DNA from: Vicugna vicugna
Taxonomy: Eukaryota
Length of the DNA: 64,000 bases
NCBI GenBank assembly: GCA_013265495.1
Contig: MU058531.1
Location: 2,418,911-2,482,910 of the forward strand
Direction of reading: 5' to 3'
A program made the translations under genes and the position numbers. How positions within the stretch are numbered: position 1 is the first letter of the stretch; every line of letters begins with the position of its first letter. The notes below the pieces were generated by a model. The model was not told the origin of the DNA. It worked only from the letters and a program-made list of their open reading frames with translations, and made no database searches. Below are positions 50,986-64,000 of this stretch, piece after piece.

Positions 50986-51849
50986 CCTTTTGATTTAGAG
51001 TATCAGATAATGAAAGCTGCAATATAAAAACATTATTAAGTTCTAGTCAAAAAAAAAGGGGAGGTTTACATAAGATCGGGAACAGGAAGGAATGTGACCA
51101 GAACTGTACTCAGGAAGGGAGAGTCCTATATCTTGAACTTGTAGCTCAGAGGAGGCTAAGATATTTAAATTAACTCACAATAAAGTGATATAGGCCCTTT
51201 ACTCCTCTGAGGTTCTAAGATACAGGCCTCCAGTAACTTTAGTAAGGCTAGTCTCTGGTTTATTCTATCCAGGACTGGAGGCTGCTTGATGCAAGAAAAA
51301 TCACTCACCCTTGTGCCCTCTCCAGGCCCTTTTCAGTTCTAAATGATGGAAAAATACAAACACCACCATCCTTCCCTACCTTCCCTTTTCATCGTTCCTA
51401 TCCTCATTCATTCATTCCTGTGGTAAAAAAGAACATAAATCAGGTTTGCTTTTAGCCTTTCCTACTAGAAGGGCTAGTTCTTTTCAGTTTGGGAGGCCAG
51501 GCCTAATAGAATCCGGGCATAATGGTTTGTTGTTTTGTTTTCTGTTTTTGTCATGCCTGAATGTGAAGGCAGGCAACTATTCTTTGTGTGGTTTGTGAGA
51601 GAATGTGTGTATGTATTGTTGATGTTTGAGTATTGCCAGCTTCATTTTAAAGGAGCTTGATTTTGAGAAAATTCATTAATAGAGGCATTGCCACAGTAAG
51701 ATGGAAGATACTCTGGAAATGAGCAATGAACATGTTATTGACATATTTAAGGTAAAATATTTCAGCTGCTGAATGTTTGCAGACTTTTTGCAGTGAGCTC
51801 CTTTTACCTTTTTTTGTGCCGTATCCTCCAACACTCCTTGCATCCAAGA

Positions 51850-52045
51850 CTTGGAATACCTGGCTCTGGCCTTTTGTGGGCACATGGTGTTGAGCAAATC
51901 CTTTAACTTCTCTGAGCCTCATTTTCTTCATTTGTGAGGCAGAGGTAAAACCAATTGCCCTGTCCATTTCCCTAGGGTTCTTGGGATCAAATGCAGTGAA
52001 TGTATGCAAAATTGCTTTGTGGATTAAATTGCAAAGCACTAGCAC
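51850..52045 (+). mobile_element. MIR SINE
   Basis: TTAACTTCTCTGAGCCTCATTTTCTTCATTTGT. Confidence 0.75.
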
Positions 52046-53044
52046 AAATGTAAAAGATTATTTTTATTTTTTGTTTTGATAATTATATTCTGCTTTTGAC
52101 TGGATATAGAATTGCTCATCTCAACTTCTTGTTTTCTCCCCATTTTTTTCTGCTAAGCTGTGAAATGACAACAGAAGTATACTGTGTGGTCAGGATAAAT
52201 AGTGGGAATTAGATCAGCCTTGTATCTGGGGAACCATATTTCTGTTTTCTTCCACACTACTTCTGAGTTACACTTATTTGGCCAAGTGTCTTTTGAAAAA
52301 CATGTTATAAAAATTAAATTAATATGTATTAATCTATATTTATTTTTTAAATGCATAATTTTATAATCCTTTCTTCCAGAGTTAGAATTAAATATATCTA
52401 CATATGACTTTCATTTTTAATGTTTTTTGCAATTTGGTGGAGTTCTTCTACTTCAGGATATACTTATATGAAGATATCTTTTCCAGGACCTCCAAAAATT
52501 GTTTTTTTAAATGTTAACTTTACTTGACGTATTTTTCCCCATAAAAATGCTAATGTTATATAGTTTAAGAGTAAGTTAAAAAACTCATAAATCTGTTAAA
52601 ATTTTAGATTATTTTTCATTCAGTAATTTTAGCATTATCCTCATATATAAGACACCTAACATGAAAAAATGGTAAAAATTATCTATTTATAGATTTTTCC
52701 AGTGCTGATGGAGAAGATAAGTGAAATGCAGTTTTGTTGATATTTGACTGATACTCAGTTCCTTTATATCGTACATTTACAAGCCAGTGATTATTTCCCA
52801 TCAGTTTTCAATATAATATATGAAATCCTTTATATATTTATTATAAATTCAAACAGTGACTTTAAGATGTTCTTTAGAAAATTATTTTTCTGTGTTTTTT
52901 TAGTGTCTGAATGCCTGCAATATGTCAGACACCATGTAATATATAAAAGTTTATCCTATGCTACATTGTTTGTACTTCCCAGTAGGAGCCTGGTGTTGCC
53001 AGATAATTTTTATGGTGGTGTTTATGGTTGTTTTGTTATCTTTT

Positions 53045-54488
<1,444 letters not shown>

Positions 54489-55194
54489 GTTGTTCTGCTA
54501 GTTTTAGCCATTATGTTAAAGCAATAGGTAACAGGATAAAGCAGATTCCAAAAAGGAGGAAATCTTATTTTTATTTTGATTTCATAGTACTTAGTTGTTA
54601 GGTTGAGTATGAGATTCACACTATTTTGATACAATAGTAAAAAAAAAAATATTCAGATTTCTAGAGGTTACTTTTTGGTGAAGAGTGCCCTCTAGTGAAC
54701 CTTTTCTGTTTATTCAGATGTGCAGTTCTTTGCATCCTCACAGCACTCGTGAATTGAGTGTAGAAATAGAAGACACTCTCAGTTCTCAAGGAATTTAGAA
54801 GACAAAACATACACTAACCAATTGGAGAGTAAATCTGATGTGTTATATAAATAAATAAAAGATAGTGTATTATAGACTATATATGTAAAATAGCTGGGAA
54901 CATTTCAGGTAATGAGGAAGTTATCATTCAATATAGCTATTCTATGAAAGTATCCCAAAGGAACTTATCTTGAGCTGATTTTGAAGGAAGTTTAAGATTG
55001 AGGCATATTGTTGGGGGAGCACCATCCTGAGGGTGGAAAAATAAGTTAAGGACTGTGCTAAAAAGGATTAGTGCCAAAAAGAAAAAAGAAATTATTCTGG
55101 AAAATATTTAAATTTAATTCTATTTTAAATATTTTATGCAAATGTCCAAACAATTTGTTGCTGTACTTGGAAACCTTTTTTAGAGATTCGGGAA

Positions 55195-55595
55195 GGATAC
55201 CACTGGACAGTTGTGGCTTGGGGTCTTTCATGCAATTGTGGTCAGATAATGGTTGCTGCTCCGGCTAAAATCAGCTGAGGCTTAACTGGACTAGACAGCG
55301 ACAGTGACTCACTCATTGCTGGCACTTGATGTGGCTGTCATTTGAGAGTGCCCACATGTGGCCTCTTCAGCATGTCATGTTTAGGACTATCAGACCTCTT
55401 ACATGATGGTTGATTTTCCCCAGAGTATCTAAAGACATCGTTGTGGAAGTTGCATGGCTTTTTCTAGCTTCTGAAGTCACGTATTATTATTTGTGTTCTA
55501 TTAGTTGAAGTAGTCACAAGCTTGCCCAAATTCAAAGGAAAGGAATAGAGACCCCACCTCTCAGTGGAAGGTGTGTCGAAGAATTTTGGACCTGC
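55195..55595 (-). mobile_element. Old MaLR (MLT1-type) LTR
   Basis: CCACATGTGGCCTCT.CAGCATG...AGTCACAAG...AGACCCCACCTCT...AAGAATTT. Confidence 0.6.
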
Positions 55596-58500
55596 ATTGT
55601 AAACTTCATTTACTTTTCTGCCTCCTTGAAGAGTTAGGCTCCGTGCAAATACATTTTAATGATTTAGGGACGGCTATCCTCTGTATTAAATTTGCCTGTA
55701 CATATACCTGTTTTCTGTGCTTGATTTTCAGTTTCTGTTATATACATGATTGGTACTTAATGAATATTGTCGGAAAGAATTCTCCTTTCTTTCTGTCCTA
55801 CTGTTAATGCTTTGGAGCCATTTCAGTTATTATTTGCTCCTGTATTACAGAGTATCAGGGAAAGATATGGGAAAGTTGTTATTCATGTTTAATGTATTTG
55901 ATGAAATGGTTGGAAAAATGTTAGGAGTACGAACATTTAACATGACACCTTATATTGACGATTTTCTTTCTTGCTGTTCTAAATTGCCAGATAACTACAG
56001 TAGAAAAATAATTTTCCCCCAAGATCGAGTGGTATTTTGAGCAATCCTTTTGTGTATTTAAGATAGAGAGATGGTGTCTTTACTATTTATTGTTTAAAAG
56101 AAAACAATTCCAAATTGTGACTTTATGTAAAAAGGGTTTTTTCTCTCAATTGATAACTCATTTGCTATCTTTGAATATTTTAGTGTATTGTTTCTCACAT
56201 GGATGCTACTGGAATTTGGGGCACCTTGAATGTAAAGGCTGCTGAAGAGAGTTGCAGTATTTCAAATCCCATTTTTCTAGTTGCAGGGTTTCAAGTGAGT
56301 TATAAACTGGTATTGAAGAGACTGCTCCACTGAAAAAATTGGATTAAATTTCCAATTTACATAGCCTAGGATACAAAAACCAAGTGGTCACTTAGGTAGG
56401 AACAGATAGAATATCTCAGTGTAGCTTCTCCTGATTTCTAGGAGCCACAGAGGAGGTACAGAAAACTACTAAAGACTTTATCTGGACAAAGTAGAGTCAA
56501 ACTAGTGTGTAACTGCCCTTTTATCCTTAGGGCTTATATATATTCTGTTCTAAAAAGATCTTAAACTAGCAATTCATGTGCTTCTATTTAAGGACTTTTT
56601 TTCAAATCTTGGCTTTAAGTTAATTGCCACATGACCAGTTTGTTGCATGACCAATTTCCTAAATTTGCCAAATCTTATTACTATACCAAAAACCTATTTT
56701 TAAAACTATTTTTGAGATTAATAGCAAGTAATTTGTATTGGATAGGATAGTTTTAATAGCTTTTGAAAATTTCTGATCAGCTTTTCTGACTACGTTTAAC
56801 ATTTTCTTCATAGTAGCATTTTTAGGAATCTTTTAATTTGTCAAAATCTGATAATCATAGGGTGGTTAATAGTCAAATATAATTAATATTCAGAAAAATA
56901 TATTTTTAGTTAGTAACCAAAATTTCATTACTAATCACTATGATTTGTACTTAGAACATGAAAATTATTAAATATAAATATGAAATTGCTGAAAAAGTAT
57001 CATAAATAATCTTGTTAATATGAAAGGCCAAATCTTGAATACTAATGACTAGAAATGTGAAATTAAGATTGGTATGCTAGAAATTAAGCTTGATATGCTG
57101 TTTGAAACATTGGTGAAAGAACAGTAGAAATGCTTAAAAGGATGCAAAAGCATTTTTTTTGTTACTAGGAGTACAGAATTAAGGCAAATGTGTCATTAGA
57201 GGAACTGGCCAAAAAATGTGGTTAATGTTTGAAAAAGCAAGAAATGACATTAAAAAGCATACAATGGAAGTCAGAAGCAGCTGATACAATTATTTTAGTA
57301 AAAGAAAAGTTAAAAGATCATTTTTCAGGAAACAGATTTTATTTTCTTAACAGTCACTGTGATGCAATTTTTTTTTACAATGAAGATACAATGAAAGAAA
57401 AAGATGCTGAAAATAATATAAGGATATTATATGTTTTTTGACAAAAAAACCTAACGTGTTACCAGCAATAAGAGAGTTCTTTTTCACAAAATACCTTGTG
57501 AATGTTGTTTTTCATCAGAAAAATGTTTTCCTTAAAAAAACTGGAATATGATTAGCAAATTATTTTTCTTATTAACAGAATGTAGCATCTGTCCAAAAAA
57601 TCGAAGTAGGGCCTGGTAAGACATTTGATTCAATGATACAAGCATTAATTTTCAAAGAACCAATTTTAACATTTAAATGACATCTTAGTTTTCTTATATT
57701 TAATTACCACTAGGTGGAGCTCTGTGCATACAATTCAAGAAGTCATTTCTGAAAGATCATTTACTTGTTTAAATTCTATAAGCCTGATATATCAGATGAT
57801 CAAATACTATGTGATAACTCGTATTTCCACACTTTGCTTTCATGTGGAAGATTAGATATAATGAAGATAGAAAATGTGTACCTAAAATTTTTTAGTTATA
57901 CTCTTAAAACATACGTATTACTTTTATGCATTCCTAGTCGCTGAAATTAAGATATGTAAATAAAATTATAGTGTAGCATAGTCCATCTTTGTTTTCCATT
58001 CACGAAGTTTTAAAGTCATCTTTTCTTTTAAGTTGATTTTCCATCTGCATTGTCTGATTAGCATTACATTTTTCCAGAAGTAAGATTTTATTGTGCTAAG
58101 CTTTTGGAAGTGATGACTGAACTCTTATATTGAATTCATTATCTGTATATGGAGCGTTAGGTGCAACTTTACTGGATGTGGATACTGGAAAATTTACCGA
58201 CTTTCTAATGTTCACTCTTTCTGGTTTTGTCATATCTGTGTGTATTTATTTATTTATAGGAACTTGAGTAGGCTTGCAAATAGACATAAAATTCTGGGGA
58301 CATTTTGAAAGAAGAAAATATTATTTTAATTAAAATTGTATGTTGCTTAAAAATCTAGAATAGTAATATATATGGCACACTAATTAGATGGATAAGACTG
58401 TTAACCAACCTAGGATTCAAAGAATGAATAGTGCTGAATGCTATTTCCTTTCTTGCCCTGCAAGTCAAAATTTCAAATGATTATCATTCAAAGACATAGA

Positions 58501-58829
58501 AAAAATAAAAATAGATTTTTCAAAGTTCCTTCAGCTGAGGTCAGAGAACAGGGCCCTCCCTCAGTTTTCTCTCCCTCATACTTTGTTCCTCCTTATTTCC
58601 TTGTGTTTGTAATTTAATACTGCCTAACAATTAGATATGCCTCAGTTCTCATCCCCTTTTTCTGTTCATTGGATGATTTCACCTGATGGGTGCAACAGTG
58701 CACATCGGGGATTCCCTACTGAGTCATTCTCAATTGTTGATCTTCAAAGTTGATCTGGTTAGTTGCTGTGCTGGTAACTTCTCTGCATTCTCATGCTGCT
58801 TATCACCATTTATGATTGGAGAGTCTGTT

Positions 58830-59045
58830 TAACATAATGGTTAAAAGCACTGGCTTTGGAGTCAGGTGGACCTGGGGTTAAATCTTGGTCCCACTACTAT
58901 GTGACTTTGGACATAAAGTCTTAATCTTCCCAAACTACATTTGTAAATTGGAATGCTAACAGAATTTATATCATAAAGCTGTAGTGAATATTGATAAGAT
59001 AATACGTGTAAATCACTTAATAGTAAGTACTTGGTTGTGTGTTAA
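58830..59045 (+). mobile_element. MIR SINE
   Basis: GGCTTTGGAGTCAG...CCACTACTATGTGACTTTGG. Confidence 0.75.
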
Positions 59046-60819
59046 CTTTTTTTTTTTTGGGTAATCTTCATTTTGCTAAGCCAGAAGCAGCAGAATATTA
59101 CTCCTCTTTAGTCCACTAAGTCTCTGGGAAGTTGTTGACAGGGAAGGGTGTGTGTTCTCTGCTTCTCTCCATATCCATCTCTCCACCTTCTCTCCAAATT
59201 ATCTCTATAATTAAACATAGATCCCTTCAGAGAAAAGGTTGATAATTCCTACTATGCATATAGTGTCAAAACATTTTTTGGATAAGAATTGCTTTTCCTT
59301 TCTTCCTTTTTCCAGTGTTCTTATACATGTCCACACTTTCTTCTTTCCTGCTTCTCTCTATTCACTTAGCTACTTGTTATTGGCAAATTTTTAGACTAGT
59401 TATTTTTGATACTACTTTTCATCAGAGTGGGTAGAGGGTTAAATCAACTACATGTAGTGATTAATGCCTTTTTGAGCGCTTGTGTCTGGCTTTTAGATTT
59501 GCACTGCATCTATTAAACTGAGAAAGTCAGAACTATGAATTTTCTAGGATTCTTTTCAGGACTCTAGAATATTCTATTTTTTGATGGATTTTGGATTCTG
59601 GAACTTGCCTGATCCTTCAGTACTTTCTTTAAATGTGATTTTTTCCTGTGACTTACAAAGTTTCTTTATTGCAACTTCATTTCTATGTACTTTTCTCAGA
59701 ATGATCTCATTGATACGGATTGTGGTTGGCAAGTGGTTGTATCAACTTGGAGTGCAGCTTGTACTCATGTCTGGAATGGCAAATGGTTATGAAGGGTCAG
59801 GAGAGACTAAGACTTATTAATAGGCAGATCAAGACCTACTCTTCTTTCTCATTCACAGTACTAATTCTTTAACATTATTTTTATTTCCTGTTTTGGGACT
59901 TAACAGTTCTATTTCAATAGCAGAAGTCATGGAATGTAAATAGTTCACCCATTTCAGGCTTTGATTTTCTGTTAATGGAGGGTGGATATTACATACATGT
60001 TCTGATATTGTTTTTCATTGTTTTCTTTTGGTATTTTCTGTTTACTATCTGGTATTTTAAGAGCCAGCTATATATCAAACTTTTATTAAAATATGTAAAA
60101 AAAATCTTAGAAATGAATATATATATTACTTAATAAAATACAATACTTGTTCACAATAGTGAAATAAAAATGTGTTTATAGTACACCAAGTTCAGTCAGA
60201 TAAACTTCCTCTTGCACATAGATTTTCCTTTGGAATAATATTTGTTTAATTAAGAGTTCATGTTAGCTCTATGTATTAATTGTAGGAAAAGCACAAGATG
60301 GAAATTCTAGTACTGCCTCAGCCTCTCACTAAGTAGACTACATTGAGCAAGTCATTTGCCATTTCTGTGCCTATTTCCTCATTTGTGGGAAGGTGGCAGT
60401 GATATTCTCTCTGGTGTGGTATAAGAAATAAATGAAACAGTAGCTGTAGAAGGCCCTATGCTATTACCAGGCATTAACGGTGGTCAGCTCCTTCAGCATG
60501 GTAATTGAGTCTTAGCCATATTTGATATTTGCAGCCAGTACTTAATTATTCAGAAGATTGTTTACTCATTTAACAAGGATTTGGTTGTCTCTTATGTGCG
60601 TAGTATGATAGCAGTCAGTATATACTGAGCACTTACTATGTGTCGGTTTTGTGCTAAGAGCTTTTCATGTTTACTAATTTAATCCTCATAACACTCTGAT
60701 ATAGATACTTTTTAATTTTTAAATCCCTATTTATTGTTGAGAGAATTTGGATTTAGAGAAGTCAGGTAGCTTACCTGGGGTTGAACAGCTAGTAAGTTTC
60801 CTTTCTGATTCTATCTATC

Positions 60820-61885
60820 TGACCATCCATCTGTCCATCCTTCAATTATCTATGGAGCATCTCCTGTATGCTAGTCTCTATTCTTGGGCTGGGTATACAA
60901 CAGGGAACAAAACAGACAAAAACTTTCTGCTCTCCTGCAACTTACGTTCCAGTGGACAAAGATGGAAAATAAATAAAAGTATGAAATAGTGTATTCTACA
61001 GTGGTAAGAGTGATGCAGTAACAAAGTAAACTCCTTTATTTTAGAAAATGAAAAAAGGAGAAAAAATAAAGCAGGAAAGGGAATTGTGTATGTGTGTGTA
61101 TAATGTGGATATTGTAGCCAGAAAGGGCTTCATCAGGAAGAGGATAAATGACCTGAAGGAGGTGAGGGAGGCAGCCACGTGTGAGAAATGTGATCCAGTA
61201 AAGGAAATAGCATGTGCAAAGCATAGGACAGGAATGTGCCTGGTGTGTTTCAGGAACCACAAGGAGGCCAGTGTTGCTGGCATGGAATAAGTAAAGCATT
61301 AGGGAGTGAGATCATTGAGGTAACATGGGGCATAATTATTTAGGCCTTTATGGGCTGTTGTAAGAGAAATAGGATTTTGAGCAGAAGAGAGACATGGGCT
61401 CTGATTTATATTCTAGAGGGATTGTTCTGTCTACTGTGTTGATAACAGACTAAAGGGGAGCAAGGGTGGAAGCAAGAAGACGAGTTACAAAGCATTTGGC
61501 AATAATCTAGGCAAGACACACTGATGGCTTAGTCCAGGGTGGTACCAGTGGAGGTAGTGAGATGTGGTCGGATTGTTTTGGTGGGGACGGTGAGAAAAAG
61601 TGAATAGCCAGGGATAATTTCAAGGTTGTTTGCCTGAACAACTAGAAGAATGGGGTTTACTAAGATGAGGGAAGACTGTGGGAAGAAGATAGGAATTCAT
61701 TTTGGACATATTTGAGATGCTTATATAACCAGTTGGAGAGTTGCACAAGTTTGAAGCTTAAGGGAGAGGTCAGGGCTAGAGATATAAATTTGGGAGTTGT
61801 CAGATTGTTTATGGAATTTGAAGCTCCAGGTCTGGATGAGATCGAGAGACTGGCATAGGTAAAAAAGAAAAGATGTCTAAGATCA
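60820..61885 (-). mobile_element. L2 remnant (about 1 kb)
   Basis: GCATGTGCAAAG...GGAACCACAAGGAGGCCAGTGT.GCTG; GGATTTTGAGCAG; GCTAGAGATATAAATTTGGGAG. Confidence 0.8.
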
Positions 61886-62414
61886 CAGCTTAGTTCTAGT
61901 TTAGCTCTTAAAATTTTTAATAATACTCATTTTTGATATTAAAAAAATTTATCCACATTATTTTATTATGAAAGAACATAATAATTTAAAATGCCTAAAA
62001 TTAACTAATATTTTATAGAATTGATTCTTACACATCCATAGATTTCAAATATATTTTTAATAAAATTATTATTAACTTAAAGGCCCAAGTTCTTAATGAT
62101 TACTATTTTATATTGCTTTCTCTAGTGTTATAGTAAGTACTCACTAAAAACCTACCACATGAAGGCTGCCTTCAAGAAGCTTATGGTCTATGTGAGAAAC
62201 ACAATATATGTCATATACTTGAAACATTTAAGTTACAATGTAATGTATTGTAATTTAATTGTATAAAACGTGTCAGAGAGTGTAGAAAGGACTGTAAGTT
62301 TACTTATTCTACAGATGAAAAGATTACTTGGCAATGGGAATAATTGAAAAAGGGCTGCCAGAGGAAATGGGACTTGAACTGAACCTCAAGCAATGGGCAA
62401 CAGATGGGGAGCAC

Positions 62415-62972
62415 ATTTTTGGGAGGTCCCCAAGACTGCCTTCAGATTCAGTAATTCACTAGGAGGACTCACAAAATTTAGCAAAGCTGTTATACTCTCA
62501 ATTACTGTTTGCTACAGCATAAGGATACAGATTAAAATTAACAAGAGAAGGCACATAAGGCAGGGTCTAGGAGAGTTCCAGGGGGGAGCTTCCCAGTGGA
62601 TACATCTGGACAGCACTTACTTCCCTGAGCAATGATGCATGGCAACGCTCATGGAGTATTACTAACCAGGGAAGCTCTCCCAAGCCATGGTGTGCAGGGT
62701 TTTCACCAGGGGTTGGTCCTATAGACACAGCTGACTGCCTGAATTGCTGACCTTAATCTTAAGCCCCACCAGACCTGATACCATGTGGTCCGATGTCTCC
62801 ATCCACTGTAAATCACAATGTAAGTCACATTGTTAGTTTAGACTATTTGGCATTGCCCAGGGCACCCAGGTAAACAAAATCCTCTATCAGGTGGGATATT
62901 CCAAAGGCTAACCTCCCAGGAGTTGGGGGAAAGGACCAAACCTTTCTTTGGGCAAGGTAATCCTTTACTGCA
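62415..62972 (-). mobile_element. ERVL-type solo LTR (MER77/MER21-like)
   Basis: GGTCCCCAAGAC...TTCACTAGGAGGACTCACA...AGGATACAGATTAAAAT...TTTGGGCAAGGT.ATCCTTTACT.CA. Confidence 0.7.
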
Positions 62973-63064
62973 TGGTGGGTGACGTCCCTCAATGTGGAGA
63001 CAGCATGAGCTGAGTTACAGTAGGGGTGTGAACGCCATGTTTACAGAATATTGTGGTAACTGCA

Positions 63065-63295
63065 ATATGGCCTTGTAATTGAGAGTATGCACTCTGGAGC
63101 CAGACTACCAGGATTCATATACCAGCTGTCACTTGCTAGTTGTAGAATATGATGGTTATATAATCTGTAAGTTATCTGTAAATTAGCAAAGGTACTAACA
63201 ATACCTATATTATAGACTTGTTGTGAGGATTGAAGAGTTAATATGTAGAGCACTCAGAGTATGTCCTGACACACAGTAAATGCTGTAGAAATCAG
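63065..63295 (+). mobile_element. MIR SINE
   Basis: CTCTGGAGCCAGACT...GTTGTGAGGATT...ACACAGTAAATGCT. Confidence 0.7.
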
Positions 63296-63613
63296 CAGTT
63301 TGTTCACTCATTCATTCATTATTCACTTATTGGTTCTATTTTGAGAACTAGCATGTTGAAGACTCATCTCCTGAGTCTCTGACCTTTATTTCCAAATACC
63401 TAGTGATATACCTAGAGGACTTGGAGCTCTTTAAATATTAGCATGTTCAAAAAGAAATTACGTATTTTCCACTCATATTTTTCTACTATTGTCAGTACTG
63501 TTAACTCTGTTCAGAGATTTTAAGATACCAGCTCTTGCGAAGATTAGGCTAATAAAGAATACATTTTGGTGAACTGGAAAGTTAATATTAGCTTTCTTTT
63601 TGTATATATACAG

Positions 63614-63785
63614 GTCTGTGTATGATGACCAACCAAATGCACACAAGAAGTTTATGGAAAAGTTAGATGCATGTATCCGTAATCATGACAAAGAAATTGA
63701 AAAGATGTGTAATTTTCATCATCAGGGTTTTGTAGATGCTATCACAGAACTCCTTAAAGTAAGGACTGATGCAGAAAAACTGAAG
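63614..63785 (+). CDS. EXOC6: EXOC6 exon 2 (172 nt), (R)SVYDDQPNAHKKFMEKLDACIRNHDKEIEKMCNFHHQGFVDAITELLKVRTDAEKLK
   Basis: Pyrimidine tract plus CAG acceptor ending at 63613, donor AAG|GTAAGA. The peptide is the conserved Sec15 N-terminal region. The gene continues beyond the window. Confidence 0.97.
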
Positions 63786-64000
63786 GTAAGAAATATGTTA
63801 AAATTCTATTTACTTTTGCTCCCACTGAATTACTCAGGTATCAGTTTATAGTGCATATTTACAAGTCATTATTAAATGCACTACTTTGAAGAAATGAATT
63901 AGTGTATATCTTTGGGAGTGCTCTGTTAACACAGTTGTCATGCTAATGACAGGAGTAATCTTTTTTTTGTAAAGCAAGTAATGCATTGACTTAACAGGAT

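Overview
Mammalian genomic DNA, most likely a camelid (two tRNA-derived Vic-type SINEs and a recurring artiodactyl-type L1 3' end). The window holds the 5' end of EXOC6 (exocyst Sec15A) on the + strand. There are two alternative first coding exons: a distal one behind a TATA-like promoter (CDS 15431-15516) and a proximal one in a CpG island (CDS 28033-28133). Both end in phase 2 and fit the shared exon 2 (63614-63785). The rest is upstream and intronic DNA dense in L1, L2, MIR, MaLR/ERVL LTRs and DNA-transposon fossils. Most notable: the two first exons look like diverged duplicates; a U6/L1 chimeric retrocopy with TSDs lies just behind the distal exon; an L1 3' transduction; one target site used twice; two possible poly(A)-only insertions; an LTR-borne HRE/ETS tandem repeat; and a possible MULE transposase fossil. 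I see no evidence of a wholly new biological system. Repeat family names are recalled from consensus sequences, repeat boundaries are approximate, and both need RepeatMasker/Dfam confirmation.
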